Assembly: GCA_964452145.1 (NCBI GenBank)
Contig: CAYVLA010000002.1
Coordinates: 1 to 59,743, forward strand
Direction of reading: 5' to 3'
From: Candidatus Hadarchaeota archaeon
Lineage (GTDB): Archaea > CAYQAE01 > CAYVLA01
DNA: 59,743 nt
Part shown: positions 37,830-49,904 of the stretch, piece by piece
Layout of the letters: each line of letters opens with the position of its first letter
Numbering within the stretch: position 1 is the stretch's first letter
Notes under the pieces: model-generated
The model's database searches: none
Told to the model about the DNA's origin: nothing
The model's input: only the letters and a program-made list of their open reading frames with translations
Position numbers and translations under genes: made by a program

Positions 37830-40800
37830 GGAACAGCCCAGGATGATCGCGGTGCCTGAGGTGTGCACCTGTCACAATGGCGAGCAGCAGCAGATAGAAG
37901 AGACCAGTCGTCCGGGCCTCATCTAGTTCGGCCTTGACGTAAAGGCTGTGCTCGAACGTCCAGTAACCCTGATAGTGGTCGTCGCCTCTCCACCCTGCAA
38001 CGACCTGCCATGTGCCGACCTGATCCAGATCGACAGCACAGACAAAGTCCCCACTAGCATTCGCCATGGCTGTGTAGCAGGTCTCAAGACCCGAGGGATC
38101 CGTGAGGTTCACATTCACGGCGATGGAGAGCGCGGGTTGGATGCTGCCGCGTATTCTAACCGACTGGTTGGGGTGGACGAAGATCGTCTCGGGAAGACAC
38201 CCAACCCAGCTTGCTGCCTTCTCGGAGTAGATCCGAGCAATCTCGCTCTCCGCAGCCTCGCAGCGGTTGTTGCCTTCCCAGGTCGCACGGAGATCCGCGC
38301 TCCCGACGAAGTCGACCGCCCAGAAGAAGGAGTAAGACCCATCACATCCTGCATCTAACATCGCAATCCTGTGCCAGGTGCCCTTTCGATTGCACTCCAC
38401 AAATATCGGTCCCGCGCACGGTGGTTCGATGACGCCTGAAATCAGGACCACCTGCCCATATGCGGTGCTTGCTTCGCCGAGTCGCAGAGTTATGGAGGAC
38501 AGACATTTCGAGACAATGAATCCCGGAGTCTCGTTGCACGTGGCTCCCTGTCCTTCGCTCCGGGACAGGGCCTTGACCTGGTATGTCCCCACAAGAGGCG
38601 GAACCCACCAATGCTCATATTCACCCCGCGGCGCTAGAATGTCCACAATGGCGGTCCATGGACCACCGTTGACCCTATACTCAAGGCCGATGGTTGTCGG
38701 ACCTGACACATAACCCCGGATCATGACGCCTTCGCCGAGGCGCACGCCTGACGGTTCGACCCGACACTCAATCTTCACCTGCCCTTGCCCTACCTCGAAG
38801 CTCACCGACTCCCGGGTCCCGAGAGTGCGCCAATCGCCTTCCCAGCCTACTGTGGCCACCCAACGCCCTTCCTGGTCGGGCACGAAATCGAAGGAGTATT
38901 CACCCGAGAAGTCGGAGCATACGCTGCCCAGGGAGATGCTGCCTGAAGGTGATTCCAGCGTCAGGGTCAAGGTGACTGCGGCGATTGGTCGGATCGTACC
39001 TCGCAGGGTAACCTGCTGATCGCACTGGGGCTGGGAGGGCTCGACGAGGCAGTGAATGTAGCTTGTGGCCTTGTGCACCCTCAGAGGGGCCAGCTCGCTG
39101 AAAGCCCCCACATAGTTCGCGTCTCCGCTCCATGAGCATCCGACCATGAGGTGCCCAAGGGTTTCGACCTTCCAATTGCAAGCGTAGGTGCCGTTCTCAT
39201 GGGACCAGACGATCGCAAGCTCATGCCAGCCCGAATCAGAGTAGTATCCAATCTCGACGGGAGCTATGATCGCGGGAGAAAGCTGTCCCGTGATATTCAC
39301 GGTGCATCCATAGGTGATCGTGTCGGCGTCCAGAATGCAGGTGATCGAAGAATGCGCCCTGAGGACATAGAGGGATGCTGGAGATGTGGCATAGTTGAAG
39401 TCCTCGTCCCCCGGCCAGGTGGCTCGGAAATCGTGGGCGCCCACGCCTGTCGGGAGCCAGCTGTACGTGTACGTCAAGTTCGCCGTCGTGTTCACGGTGG
39501 CCAGTACCTCCCAACCGCCGCCCGTGCGGTGCTCTATCGTCAAGGGAAGGGAGACTGGAAGGATCGTTCCCCAGAGGGTGATGGGCTGACCGAAGTAGCC
39601 AAGGGTGGGACTGATCATGCAGGTGATGTGAACCGAGCCCCGATCCACAGTGAACTCGACGGCATCGCTAGATGCGTTCAGGTAGGACTGGTCTCCTTCC
39701 CAGCGAGCCATGATGGTCCAGGTGCCTGCCTTCAATGGAACATGGCTGAGCCAGTAGAAACCCGAAGCTGTCGTGTTCGCTACGAGATCGGTCCTACTCC
39801 CATCCGGAGACTGTAGGGCGATGGTTACTGGTCTGCCGGCCAAGGGCGGGTCGAGAACACCGTGGATGATCATCAGCTCACCTGCCCGCAGGGTCTCGGG
39901 GTCGACCGCAAGGTCCATCCGGGCGATTCCCCTCGGCGGCTCTAGGCTCTCCACTTCGCACCTCATCATGTAGTTACACCAGTACCTCACCCAGTCGACT
40001 CCATCAAAAATCAAGCTGGAACCACCCCCGCTGGCATCCACGCCCACTCTAGGACAGTAGTCTTCGCGATACTCCAGGGCGATGATCACATCGTCTACAA
40101 TGACGGGTTCACCGGGCACCTCGACTGTCATCCAGCCCTCTGCACGAGGTTGAAGCGATATCGGTGGGATGATGTCCGTGAAACAGCGATCGAGGACGTG
40201 TACCACCACGACGTTCTGGCTGGAGGGCTGGCACAGCTGCTCAAAGTAGATCATGATGCGCTTCAGCACGCCTGCCAAGGATGGCGTGAAGCGGACCGCC
40301 TGCATCTGGCCTCGGGGTCTTCCCTCCGGGAACTCCGGCGTCCCATCGTCGAAGTAATAGACCACGTTCCTACAGCTGCCGTGGGCCTCGAGAATGCCCG
40401 AACCTGTGATTACCATGGAGCTAACCCGGGAAGACTGATCGGCCAGCGATACCTCCCCGAGGCCCACCCAGCGAGCGAACTCGAATCCGGGGAGATACTC
40501 GACCGGATAGGATCCTTCCGCGATTCGAATGATTGCCGGGAGCTTGATCGATGCGCCGTCGATACAGATCCGGCCAAGGTTGGCAGACAGACCGCTGTCC
40601 TCACTCGATGTGAGATTGAGGGTGTGCACCTCCGACATGGAGTATGCTATGACCACAAAGGGGCGCTGGGAGCCTTCTCTCGAGGAGAATACAGCACCTC
40701 CTAGCCCCTCCGGAACGTGGAGGACGATCGTCGCCCGCCCCTTGCTGCAACCTTGGGCGACTGCATGGCTCAGGTTGATCCTGACATACGACCCGGGGAG

Positions 40801-42492
40801 AACAATCGCTACTCTGTCGAGTTCAACGCAAGGTCCGCAGGGACGGTTATTCCAGCACAATCCGCCCTCGCTCCACGCGTCATCTTCGCAGTACAAGATG
40901 GCTATCTGGGCATCCTCCATACCGGTTAGTTGGTTGCAGTACAGGCCGAGGCCTGCCTCAATTGGGGTGGCTCCCGGAGGAAGGTCCAGATCGATTCTAA
41001 GGTATGCGCGGGATCCGGTTGGGTCCACCGAGAGATCCGGGTCGTGGCCGTTGTTGGCTTCGGGGCGTCCTGGTTCCACATAGGCATCCGCGCTGATGTA
41101 CCTCGCCAGAGTCTTAGCCCCGAAAACCGGCTGCCAGTCTTGGACCAGCCAATCCACAAGCTCCGAGTCGGGGGCTGATCGGGTCACCATGATGAAATCC
41201 GTCTTTGACTCGAAGTCGAAGTCCCCGTCTGATTCGGTCACTGTCAGGGTTACCGTATAGTTGCCTGCCCGTTCGTAGATGTGCACCGGGTTCCTCTCGA
41301 TGCTTGTGCCGCCATCGCCAAAGGACCACGTCCAGTTCACGATGCTGCTGGAGGAGGTAGAGAGATCGGTGAACACGACCGCCAGAGGCTCCTCTCCGCT
41401 TCTCACGGAGGCATCGAAGTCGGCCACGGGCACGAGCGAGATCGTGATCATGAAATGGGATGTGCTGCCCCAGTTGCCGGCATTGTCCCGGGCCCGGACG
41501 TGGAAGTACCAGACGCCCTCCTGAACGTCTGTGTAGCTCTTGCCGTTTGAGTGCGTATCCGCGATGGCATCAGGCTCGGTGCCGGGATGGTCGTCAAGCA
41601 CATAGCTGTAACCGTAGATGCCGGATGCATCAGGGGGAGTCGACCAAGTGAAGACCGGGTCGTCAATTGGGTACTTGGAGCCTTGATCAGGATGGGTGAT
41701 GGACGTTATCACAGGGGCGGCCGGCGGGGTACGATCCACCTTGATCCTCAGATGTGTGGTCGGTCCCCAATCCGAAGCTGTCTTGGCCCTGATGTGGAAG
41801 TACCAGGTACCATCTCCGAGACCTACGTAGCTCTCCGAGTTATCGGTCGAGTCGATTACCATATCGGGCGTGGACGTAGGATTCTGGTCCAACATGTGAC
41901 TGTAGCCCTCCGCCCCGGAAATGGGGTCCCAGATGAAGCTCGAATCCGAGTTTGGGTACCACAGATCCGGATTCGGGTGGGTCGGCGAACTCACCTGAAC
42001 AGGAGGGGGTGGTGGTGGCGTTCCAGAGTCATCGTACCCTCCGAAGTCTGTCGTCCAGTACCATTTGTATGTCGACGCTACATTGTACGCGCGCCCGATC
42101 CCGATGGTTACGAAGTCGGAGTAGAGCATGTTGGCGTCGTGGCCGGGGGAGTTCTTCCAGCCCACGAAGACGTCCGCAGCCGTCACGTACCCCGCCGCGA
42201 TGTTCTCGCCCATGCAGGTCGGATAGTCGTATCCCGCGTCAACCATCCTATCAAATGGCGATCTCCCATCCAGGCTGTAATGCGAGAAGTAGTTCTGATC
42301 GGCCATGTCCTGGCTGTGGAGCTCGGAGGCCACGGTCAGAGTCGGGGACAGGGTCAACGGACCGAGGCTATTGGCGGCCCTGTAGTCATTGATTATGGAG
42401 AGGAAGGCAGACTCCTCCGAGTCTAGCGCCATCACCGGCCAGAGAACCGACAGGAGAACCGTTGACAGAGCAAGACATGCCCCTCTCCGCAT
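37774..42492 (-). CDS. Large cell-surface protein: CAP domain, 2 Fn3-like repeats, PKD, DNRLRE-like domain, about 7 Ig-like repeats, C-terminal TM
   Basis: Signal peptide; HSQDMA..NYFSH...GENIAAG...WKNSPGH (CAP); two S.THP...WYFH.RA repeats; WSFGDG; ADAYV....P..N; repeated W.GD..Y units. Confidence 0.85.
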   Translation of the reverse strand: MRRGACLALSTVLLSVLWPVMALDSEESAFLSIINDYRAANSLGPLTLSPTLTVASELHSQDMADQNYFSHYSLDGRSPFDRMVDAGYDYPTCMGENIAAGYVTAADVFVGWKNSPGHDANMLYSDFVTIGIGRAYNVASTYKWYWTTDFGGYDDSGTPPPPPPVQVSSPTHPNPDLWYPNSDSSFIWDPISGAEGYSHMLDQNPTSTPDMVIDSTDNSESYVGLGDGTWYFHIRAKTASDWGPTTHLRIKVDRTPPAAPVITSITHPDQGSKYPIDDPVFTWSTPPDASGIYGYSYVLDDHPGTEPDAIADTHSNGKSYTDVQEGVWYFHVRARDNAGNWGSTSHFMITISLVPVADFDASVRSGEEPLAVVFTDLSTSSSSIVNWTWSFGDGGTSIERNPVHIYERAGNYTVTLTVTESDGDFDFESKTDFIMVTRSAPDSELVDWLVQDWQPVFGAKTLARYISADAYVEPGRPEANNGHDPDLSVDPTGSRAYLRIDLDLPPGATPIEAGLGLYCNQLTGMEDAQIAILYCEDDAWSEGGLCWNNRPCGPCVELDRVAIVLPGSYVRINLSHAVAQGCSKGRATIVLHVPEGLGGAVFSSREGSQRPFVVIAYSMSEVHTLNLTSSEDSGLSANLGRICIDGASIKLPAIIRIAEGSYPVEYLPGFEFARWVGLGEVSLADQSSRVSSMVITGSGILEAHGSCRNVVYYFDDGTPEFPEGRPRGQMQAVRFTPSLAGVLKRIMIYFEQLCQPSSQNVVVVHVLDRCFTDIIPPISLQPRAEGWMTVEVPGEPVIVDDVIIALEYREDYCPRVGVDASGGGSSLIFDGVDWVRYWCNYMMRCEVESLEPPRGIARMDLAVDPETLRAGELMIIHGVLDPPLAGRPVTIALQSPDGSRTDLVANTTASGFYWLSHVPLKAGTWTIMARWEGDQSYLNASSDAVEFTVDRGSVHITCMISPTLGYFGQPITLWGTILPVSLPLTIEHRTGGGWEVLATVNTTANLTYTYSWLPTGVGAHDFRATWPGDEDFNYATSPASLYVLRAHSSITCILDADTITYGCTVNITGQLSPAIIAPVEIGYYSDSGWHELAIVWSHENGTYACNWKVETLGHLMVGCSWSGDANYVGAFSELAPLRVHKATSYIHCLVEPSQPQCDQQVTLRGTIRPIAAVTLTLTLESPSGSISLGSVCSDFSGEYSFDFVPDQEGRWVATVGWEGDWRTLGTRESVSFEVGQGQVKIECRVEPSGVRLGEGVMIRGYVSGPTTIGLEYRVNGGPWTAIVDILAPRGEYEHWWVPPLVGTYQVKALSRSEGQGATCNETPGFIVSKCLSSITLRLGEASTAYGQVVLISGVIEPPCAGPIFVECNRKGTWHRIAMLDAGCDGSYSFFWAVDFVGSADLRATWEGNNRCEAAESEIARIYSEKAASWVGCLPETIFVHPNQSVRIRGSIQPALSIAVNVNLTDPSGLETCYTAMANASGDFVCAVDLDQVGTWQVVAGWRGDDHYQGYWTFEHSLYVKAELDEARTTGLFYLLLLAIVTGAHLRHRDHPGLFLRAGTPLHPASCQAQADR

Positions 42493-42574
42493 GGAACACC
42501 TGTCGGCGGTCACCATCGGAAATATGGTCGGTGGTTGACATCAAGTCGTTTTGCGACAACCTCAACGGCGGGGC

Positions 42575-43984
42575 TCAGGCTGGTCCCAGTTCCAAAAGCC
42601 TCTGGTCATCTCCGAGGTACACTCCCTGAGCGAGCAGCTGCCTCTGGATCGCTCTGACGTCAAGCTCGCCGGGCGACCGATCCAAACGGGCTGCCGCTGC
42701 CGCTGCCACCCCCGAGGCCTGCCCCAGCTGCATGCACGCCACCTGGGCCCTTAGCAGACCCGCAGGATCGGTGGAGACGGCCTTGCCGCTGGCCACCAGG
42801 ACCCCCTTGAGGCTGATCGGCACCATGATACCGTAGGGGATATCGAAGCCCTCTTCGTATCTGGGTCCACCCATCCTCCTTTCCGTGGCCACCGCGATTA
42901 CGTCGGGGAACCGCGAAAAGGCCTCGCATTCAGCCCGGGTCAGCATGTATCTTCCTATGATGCGACGCGCGACCCTTATCCCTAGCTCGGAGCCAGTTTC
43001 TACGAGAAAGGATCTCTCGAAGCCGGGCATGTTGGTGATCAAAAAATCGGCCGCGATGCGTGCGGCCTTTCGGGCCTCCGACTCGGCCTTCGACAGGACG
43101 AAGGGGTCGAGAAGATCCCCGTGAAGGAACCCCGTGTTGACGATGACGGTTCCGGTTCCCCGGAAGGCGTACATGCCGAAGGCATCCATTCCGACGACCG
43201 CCCCGCACTCCCTGGCGTACCTACCCTCCGAAACAGCCCTCTGAACAAGGGACATCTTCGTCCCATTGCCGTGCGGGATGTGGAGAATCCCCTTCTCCCT
43301 CCAGTTGCCTGCGAAGTCCGCCAACGATGTCTCCACATCGCCGTATTCGTCGTACTCGGATGGATTGTCTATGAAGTATTCGCACAGCGTATCCAGGTCT
43401 ACGTTTGCCATGCGCATCTCCAGGCTTCCGTTTGCGCCGACTCGCTCCACTTCCCCGCCAGCCCGCCAGACCAAGTCGGCATCACCCGTGGCATCCACGA
43501 AGGCTTGACCGACGATAGCGGAACGCCCGGCCTTGTTCTCAACGATGGCGGAGTTGACTTTGCCTCGGATGACTTGGGCCGCGGCCAGCCGGCTGTGGTA
43601 TAAGACCCGCACACCGGCATCCTCGAGCAACTCGATCAGGACGAGCTTCATCTTCTCCGGATCGTTGGGTATCTGGGGCACCCTCCGCGTGAAGGGGCCA
43701 AGACCTACTCCCTCACTTGCAACGAGGCGCCGAAGCACCTCCTCGGCGATTCCTCTGACGACCTGTTGGTCTCTTCGCGTGACGTAGAAGTTGGTGATGC
43801 CGGACATCAGCGCGGCCGTGGACGTTCCTCCGGGAAAAGCGTGTTGCTCCAGCATGAGGACGTTTGCCCCGGACCTGGTGGCCGCGACAGCGGCCGCAAC
43901 CCCCGACAAACCCCCGCCTGCGACCACCACATCAGCTTTGGCCACTACCGGGGTCTCACTCTCCGGCTCCAGGATCTTTTCCAC
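42575..43984 (-). CDS. FAD-dependent oxidoreductase (FAD_oxidored family)
   Basis: DVVVAGGGLSG; VDATGDAD; RRIIG.Y.LT; IPYG.MVP; CMQLGQASG.AAA. Confidence 0.9.
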   Translation of the reverse strand: MEKILEPESETPVVAKADVVVAGGGLSGVAAAVAATRSGANVLMLEQHAFPGGTSTAALMSGITNFYVTRRDQQVVRGIAEEVLRRLVASEGVGLGPFTRRVPQIPNDPEKMKLVLIELLEDAGVRVLYHSRLAAAQVIRGKVNSAIVENKAGRSAIVGQAFVDATGDADLVWRAGGEVERVGANGSLEMRMANVDLDTLCEYFIDNPSEYDEYGDVETSLADFAGNWREKGILHIPHGNGTKMSLVQRAVSEGRYARECGAVVGMDAFGMYAFRGTGTVIVNTGFLHGDLLDPFVLSKAESEARKAARIAADFLITNMPGFERSFLVETGSELGIRVARRIIGRYMLTRAECEAFSRFPDVIAVATERRMGGPRYEEGFDIPYGIMVPISLKGVLVASGKAVSTDPAGLLRAQVACMQLGQASGVAAAAAARLDRSPGELDVRAIQRQLLAQGVYLGDDQRLLELGPA

Positions 43985-44005
43985 ATCATCGCCCCTATCT
44001 GAGAA

Positions 44006-45043
44006 TCATTTCCAGTTGTACCTGCCATATCGGACGAAGGCATCGAACATGGCCTTGGCGTTCTCCAGGGGAACATCCATGTTGAGCTCCCCTCTGCCGA
44101 AAAGACCGCCTTCGTTGTCCTGGCCGAATATCTTGATCACGTGCTTGACGTAGGCCGAGACCTCACGTGGCGAGCCGTGGGGCAGTATCACCTGCCGATC
44201 GATGTCTGCCGAGATGCAGAACCTGCCCTTCGATCTCTGGGCCAGGTCATCAAGGTCATGGCAGGAGAACTGGGGGTTCAGGATGTTGACTCCGATCTCG
44301 TAGAGGTCATCCAGGATATCCGTTATGTGCCCGTCGGAATGAAGCTGGACGTAGGCCCCGTGATCGTGAACCAGGTCGAACATCTTCTTGTACCGGGGCT
44401 TGAAAAAGCTGGTCCAGATCCGGGGGTGGATCAGTAAACGATCTTGGGATCCCCAGTCATCCGCAAAGGTGACGCAGTCCGGCTTAGCCTCAAGCGTCTG
44501 CTGGATGGATTCCAGGGAGTATTCCAGTAACCGGTCGGCGAAGTCCACGAACTGTGGCGTTCTCCTTGCCAAGCTTTTGAGGACGGTTTTGAAGCCCAGG
44601 ATCCACTGCAGTCTCTCGAAGTAGTTGCTGGGGCTGTATCCGTGCATCACGAAGAGATCCTTCTTGGCCTCCTCGACCGATCTTCTTCGCTCTAGGATCT
44701 GGTCATCGGTCATCAGCGGCGGGAAGTTGTAGGCCTCAGCCTCCTCCCAGTTATGTACAGGGGTATCGACAACCTGCCCGTGGATCCCATCGACCGTTGA
44801 TTGCCACGAAGTGCCCCAGCTATCCCTGTTGACTCCCGACCTGTAATCCGGACCCAGATCTTGGACCTGTGGTATTGTGTGCTCGGATGACCCGAAGTCA
44901 TTGGGATAGTCTCTGAGAAGCTCAACCAGGGCGTTTCCGTGTCTCAGCAGCGCAGCCGGCAGCAAGGCATGAACGATCGGGCAGCGGTCGGGTTTTCCCA
45001 TCTCGACGGCTCGGAGGACTCTCTCCCTGCGATTCATGCTCAT
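44006..45043 (-). CDS. Uroporphyrinogen decarboxylase / methyltransferase MtaA-like protein
   Basis: RERVLRA....PDR.P; D.WG..W; DDWGSQ; HSDG; NPQ; IDRQVILPHG. Confidence 0.85.
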   Translation of the reverse strand: MSMNRRERVLRAVEMGKPDRCPIVHALLPAALLRHGNALVELLRDYPNDFGSSEHTIPQVQDLGPDYRSGVNRDSWGTSWQSTVDGIHGQVVDTPVHNWEEAEAYNFPPLMTDDQILERRRSVEEAKKDLFVMHGYSPSNYFERLQWILGFKTVLKSLARRTPQFVDFADRLLEYSLESIQQTLEAKPDCVTFADDWGSQDRLLIHPRIWTSFFKPRYKKMFDLVHDHGAYVQLHSDGHITDILDDLYEIGVNILNPQFSCHDLDDLAQRSKGRFCISADIDRQVILPHGSPREVSAYVKHVIKIFGQDNEGGLFGRGELNMDVPLENAKAMFDAFVRYGRYNWK

Positions 45044-45119
45044 CGCCGAGGGAAAGCCGAGATATATCTTTGCCGTCGCGCATCGGGCAATGCGCTCCAC
45101 ACCACCAGAGCGTTCCTCC

Positions 45120-46322
45120 CTAGGCGTAGGGCGGATCGGAGGGATGCGGTTCTCCATCGAACTCCAGCTCCATCACGCTTAGGTATGGGTCAGGGGGATA
45201 TCGGGGCAAGCCGCGGAGCCACACGCGGTCTCCCCTCTGTTCTATGTCGGCCTCCTGTCCACTCGAGAGAAGACGGGCCGACATCACCTTGCTGCCGCAC
45301 CACGCAAACGGGACGGTGGAGCCAGGCCACCGCTGGATCAGGAGGTAGACTGTGTTCCCGACTCTTGACGCCACCCCAAGCGCCGGAGCACCCACCGGTG
45401 AGCGCCCGGCACCGTAGATGGCCTTGCCGTTTACCCGGATCCACTGCCCCACTCGCCGAAGCCTCTCCACGCCCTCCGAGGGTAACCTTCCACTCCCCTC
45501 GGGGGCGACGTTCAGGAGGAGATTGCCGTTCTCGGATGTGCAGCTGGCAAGGATCCTGATTATCTCCCGGACCGATTTGTAGTTGCGGTCGTATGTGGCG
45601 TAGCCCCATGTTCGGTTCATGGAGAAACAAGATTCCCAAGGCCCGGGTTGAGGGGTGACGGCGTTCTCGGGGGTCGAGAAATCCTCTGGAATCCCAGCCC
45701 TGTCGTTGATGATGATACCAGGCTGGAGCCTCCTTGCCATGGCGCTGAGTTCCCGGGAATGCCAAAGGGCAGGATCATGAGGGATCATCATATCGTACCA
45801 GAGGATATCGATCGGCCCGTAGTTGGTGCACAGCTCACGCACCTGAGCATGGGCCTGCCGGACCATGGGGACGTAGACGGAGTCAGGCTTTCTTGGGTGA
45901 TGGGGCAGAACGCCGGGGAACCGCCAGTCGACAAGGGAGTAGTAGAAACCTATTCGCATGTCTGCGTCGCGGCATGCCTCCACGAACTCGGCAATGAGGT
46001 CTCGCCCCGCGGCCGATCTGGTGGCATTGAACTCCGATGCCTCGCTGTCGAATAGGCAGAAACCATCGTGGTGGCGCGTCGTGATCACCATGTATTTCAT
46101 GCCAGCGTCCTTAGCAACGGCCACCCACTCAGCCGGATCGTATTCCTCGGCTGTGAACTTGTCCGCTAGCTGGCGGTACTCCTCCACCGGTATGTGTTCT
46201 TGGTACATGAGCCATTCACCCCGGCCGGGTATGGAGTACAACCCCCAGTGAACGAACATGCCGAAGCGTGCCTTAGTCCACCATCCCATCCTGTCAGGCG
46301 CATCAGGCCTTCCTGATCCCAT
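45120..46322 (-). CDS. Alpha-L-fucosidase (GH29)
   Basis: ARFGMFVHWG; TTRHHDGFCLF; ILWYD; INDR; NLLLNV. No signal peptide. Confidence 0.92.
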   Translation of the reverse strand: MGSGRPDAPDRMGWWTKARFGMFVHWGLYSIPGRGEWLMYQEHIPVEEYRQLADKFTAEEYDPAEWVAVAKDAGMKYMVITTRHHDGFCLFDSEASEFNATRSAAGRDLIAEFVEACRDADMRIGFYYSLVDWRFPGVLPHHPRKPDSVYVPMVRQAHAQVRELCTNYGPIDILWYDMMIPHDPALWHSRELSAMARRLQPGIIINDRAGIPEDFSTPENAVTPQPGPWESCFSMNRTWGYATYDRNYKSVREIIRILASCTSENGNLLLNVAPEGSGRLPSEGVERLRRVGQWIRVNGKAIYGAGRSPVGAPALGVASRVGNTVYLLIQRWPGSTVPFAWCGSKVMSARLLSSGQEADIEQRGDRVWLRGLPRYPPDPYLSVMELEFDGEPHPSDPPYA

Positions 46323-46328
46323 CCATCG

Positions 46329-48746
46329 TCAACTCCCAACAGGTCTTTCCAGCATGTCGATCTCGCTGATTGTACCCTTGGCCGAGATCTCCACCGTCTT
46401 TATCTCCCATGGATTCAGCTTCAACTCAAACCGCATCTGCGCTAGGGGAAGATTCAGCGTCGTCTTGGTTGCCTTGCCTCCCGATTCGAAGAGGCGAATG
46501 ACCAGAGCGTCGCGCTCCTCGGCTATCTTCATAGCCGCTATGACGACGTTGTCTCTGTTGGTCAGGGCCAGGCTTGATGTCGGGGGCAGTGGGCCTTCAT
46601 GGCGGTTGCAGAAGGCAGGTATGGGAGGATTGTTGAATCTCTCGGCGTGCCTAAAAGCCGCAGCGGTCTGGAGCGGGCCGTGTGGGAGCAGTGCAACCCT
46701 GATCGAGTGCCTGCCCTGGTCCGTGTAGAGGTATCTCTTCCCTCGCTCCGGCTTCCTCGGCCTGTGGAAAGCGTAGATCGGACTCCTGACGAGGCTGATC
46801 CTCATCTCGGGGCCTAGTACGTCGAAGCCGTACTTGCAGTCGTTGAGAAGGAGAAGACCGCCGGGGGAGCCGTCCGAGACCCGCCCCGAAACATCCAACC
46901 AACGCTGCCCTGGCTCCTCCTGGCCGTTTGCTGCACGTTCGATGGTTCCATAGGGAATCTCGTAGGTAGCCTTGGGCTCTTCGACGGCGACCGGATAGGA
47001 GATCTTGAGCATCTTATGCCTCTCATGCCAGTCAAGATCGATCCTGCACTCCACGAAGGGGGATCCAGCATGGATGACGTAACTCTGAACCAGTCTAGAC
47101 CTGCCGTACCTGCTGAACACCGTGATTGAAGACCTCACGGGGCCGGACTCCACTATGGGAAAAGCATCCATGTGGAAGGCACCGATCTCGTCCCTGAAGG
47201 ACTCCACATCGTGGCTCCATGTGTCGCTTTCGTCCCTGACCACGATCGGTCTCGAAGGACCCGAGAGTAACTCCAGTCCGCGTGATCTGTCGAAAAGGCT
47301 GATGAGGTACCCGGTCTTCGGGTCAACCTTGATGCCCACTAACGAGTTTTGCACCTCAGTGTTCAGGGTCTCCATGTCGGGGGGCTGGGTTCGCCCGCCC
47401 TCCGTGATCCAGAAAACCCTGTATCCCATTGGAGGAAGCTTGGCCAAGAATATGCCTCCCACAGCCCTGTTCCCGTTGAGCCTGCTGGACTTAACGACCT
47501 GCACCGGGTGCGCTGTGCCCTTCTCATCCAGCGCAACAAGGTCCTCCTTGTGTCCCAGAACGGCTTGGAACTCTATCGGATCCTCCCTCTTGCAGGGTGC
47601 CGGGTTGAATATCAGGAGCGGCTGGCCCTCCTTGCCAGTGGTTCTTATCCTCAGACAGAATGCCTCCAAGGCCATTTCCGTGGCCGACCTTGTAAGACCT
47701 TCCGCCACATCAAAGGCGCGGAACGCATCGTCGTAGGCCGGTTTGATCGAGGTCCCGGCAAGCACATCGTGGAACTGGTGGAACAGCAACGTCTCCCAGG
47801 ATTGCCTGAGGTTCATCCGTGGATATCTGACCCCGAAAAGCATGGTGGCCATCGAACAGAAGACTTCGGCGTTCAGAAGCGCAGCCTCGAGTCGTCTATT
47901 CCGGGACTTCACCTCCGACACGACCGTGTAGCATCCTCGGGAGTGATGCTGGAGATCGTCCCTCAGAATGGGCAAATCCGGGTTGTGCTGGGACACTCTT
48001 TCGAAGAATGCATCGGGAGCGCTGAAGCATATCTCGACATCGTCTATCTGTCCTGACATCTGCCGGATCTTAAGGATCAGTTCCTCCGTCGGTCCCCCGC
48101 CGTGATCGCCCTTGCCATAGAAGCACATGGAGTCCATACCGGTCTCCCGACAGCGCTTGATTGCTCGCCACATCTTCTCCTCGAGGTGTTTCACGTCGCC
48201 GCATGCGTACCCGTCGACCCTGCAAGCCATCACGCGGCTCCCATCCTGGGAAACCCACCAGAAGAGGTCGCCGGGCAGGCTCTTCTCATTGTGCCCGGGG
48301 CGGGTGAAGACGTAGTAATGAAGGCCGGACTTGACCAGTATCTGGGGCAGGGTTCCGCAATGGCCGAAGGAGTCGACATTGTAGCCTACCTTCGCCATCC
48401 TGCCCAGTTTGTGTTTGAAGTACGACTGTCCATACAGACCCTGTCTGACGAAGGATTCTCCGCTCGGCATGTTGCAGTCCGGCTGAACCCACCAACCGTT
48501 GACCACATTCCACCTGCCTCGAGCAGCAAACCTTCTGATCCGCCTGAACAGATCAGGGTCGGCTTCCTCGATCCACTTGTAGACGCCTGCGGAGCTTCTA
48601 GAGAAGATGTAGTCGGGGTGCTTGTCCAGGAGTTCGACCGCATTCCGGCAGGTGGAGACTGCAACCTCCAGACCATCCTGCCATCGCCAGAGCCAGACTG
48701 GGTCTATGTGAGCGTTCCCGATCATGTGGAGTCTTGGTTTGGGCAA
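46329..48746 (-). CDS. Alpha-mannosidase (GH38)
   Basis: AHIDPVWLW; PSGESFVRQ; DSFGH; GDHGGGPT; QFHDVLAG. Confidence 0.93.
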   Translation of the reverse strand: MPKPRLHMIGNAHIDPVWLWRWQDGLEVAVSTCRNAVELLDKHPDYIFSRSSAGVYKWIEEADPDLFRRIRRFAARGRWNVVNGWWVQPDCNMPSGESFVRQGLYGQSYFKHKLGRMAKVGYNVDSFGHCGTLPQILVKSGLHYYVFTRPGHNEKSLPGDLFWWVSQDGSRVMACRVDGYACGDVKHLEEKMWRAIKRCRETGMDSMCFYGKGDHGGGPTEELILKIRQMSGQIDDVEICFSAPDAFFERVSQHNPDLPILRDDLQHHSRGCYTVVSEVKSRNRRLEAALLNAEVFCSMATMLFGVRYPRMNLRQSWETLLFHQFHDVLAGTSIKPAYDDAFRAFDVAEGLTRSATEMALEAFCLRIRTTGKEGQPLLIFNPAPCKREDPIEFQAVLGHKEDLVALDEKGTAHPVQVVKSSRLNGNRAVGGIFLAKLPPMGYRVFWITEGGRTQPPDMETLNTEVQNSLVGIKVDPKTGYLISLFDRSRGLELLSGPSRPIVVRDESDTWSHDVESFRDEIGAFHMDAFPIVESGPVRSSITVFSRYGRSRLVQSYVIHAGSPFVECRIDLDWHERHKMLKISYPVAVEEPKATYEIPYGTIERAANGQEEPGQRWLDVSGRVSDGSPGGLLLLNDCKYGFDVLGPEMRISLVRSPIYAFHRPRKPERGKRYLYTDQGRHSIRVALLPHGPLQTAAAFRHAERFNNPPIPAFCNRHEGPLPPTSSLALTNRDNVVIAAMKIAEERDALVIRLFESGGKATKTTLNLPLAQMRFELKLNPWEIKTVEISAKGTISEIDMLERPVGS

Positions 48747-48908
48747 ACTATCTCCCTTCCGTTCGCACCAGCCCGGGACCCGCCCAGCTACTCCCGGGCT
48801 GATCTCGGGTGGGCGATTCCACGGCGGTCCGACTTATAAGGATTAACTTCACACGGGCAGTATGGCGACGAGTCTTGGGATCCGCTGAAAGGCGATCCGG
48901 TGGCTCCG

Positions 48909-49904
48909 TCAGACCCCCGATGCTAACCATTCTTCGTCGAGTTGAACGTGCTTGATGGCTTGGCCGTTGCATGTGTAGCTCACATGAACTAAGCCGTCCC
49001 GACTTTGAATCATCGCCGGATACGAGAAGCTCCCGGGTCCGGACTCAAGACCCCGCGACTTGCACCACGAGGCGCAATCGTCCGTTGAGAGGGCAAGGGT
49101 CAGTGGCGTCCGTGCGTGCGAGGAATCATCGAAGGCTAGCAGGATGTGGCCGTTTCTGAGTCTGAGTAGGTCAACTGCCGAATCCGGATTCGGCAGCGTC
49201 GTAGGCACTGGTTCTGACCACGACAGGCCCCGATCCACCGAAGCAGACTGCCAGATCCAGCGCCTAGCACCGGATCTCATGTACATGAGGAGACGGCCGT
49301 CCGAAAGCTCGACCAAAGCTGGCTCTATGTTGCCCCTCTTGAAACCTTCGCGAGCGTCGACCAGATTGGATTCGCGCCAGGCTCTGCCGGTCCCCTCCGT
49401 GATCATGACCAGCGATGCCCATTTCCGCTCATCGTGGACCGGGAGCAAGAGGCGCCCGTCTACCACAAGGGGCTTGGCCCTTGTGACATAGCCCCATTCC
49501 TCCCTCACCGGGGCATCGGGGCCCCAGGATCTTCCGTGATCGCGACTCTCCCTGCATTCTATGTCGCATGTTGTCCATCCGGAGTTGAGCGTGGTGGGTC
49601 CCTCGGACGTCACGTGAATGGTCTGGTGAAAGAGCATGATCATACCGGAATCCGTTGCGTGGAGCACCGGATTGCCCTTAGGCTTTCCCTCCGCATCTGC
49701 GGCGACTGTAGGTTCAGTCCACCTGCCCCCGTCTGCGGATCTCCGGGCCGTCAGGATCACCACATCCCGTCCCTTCTCCCTCGATCCGGCATACCATGCG
49801 ACAAGGATATCACCTTCCCGGGTCTCCGCAAGTGTTGATCCGTGTGAGAACGGATACCTCTCGCTGCCCGAAAACACAGTATCGTAAGAGATGCCGGGGT
49901 TCAT
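48909..49904 (-). CDS. BNR-repeat sialidase-like protein
   Basis: WYAGSRE; Asp-boxes SRDHGRSW, SVDRGLSW, STDDCASW; SYP. ATGA overlap with the upstream gene. Confidence 0.85.
   Translation of the reverse strand: MNPGISYDTVFSGSERYPFSHGSTLAETREGDILVAWYAGSREKGRDVVILTARRSADGGRWTEPTVAADAEGKPKGNPVLHATDSGMIMLFHQTIHVTSEGPTTLNSGWTTCDIECRESRDHGRSWGPDAPVREEWGYVTRAKPLVVDGRLLLPVHDERKWASLVMITEGTGRAWRESNLVDAREGFKRGNIEPALVELSDGRLLMYMRSGARRWIWQSASVDRGLSWSEPVPTTLPNPDSAVDLLRLRNGHILLAFDDSSHARTPLTLALSTDDCASWCKSRGLESGPGSFSYPAMIQSRDGLVHVSYTCNGQAIKHVQLDEEWLASGV

Noticed and set aside
48770..48815. GC-rich inverted repeats upstream of GH38 (AGCCCGGGA/TCCCGGGCT)
   Set aside because: Short GC-rich stems are expected by chance at this composition, and I recognise no riboswitch consensus.
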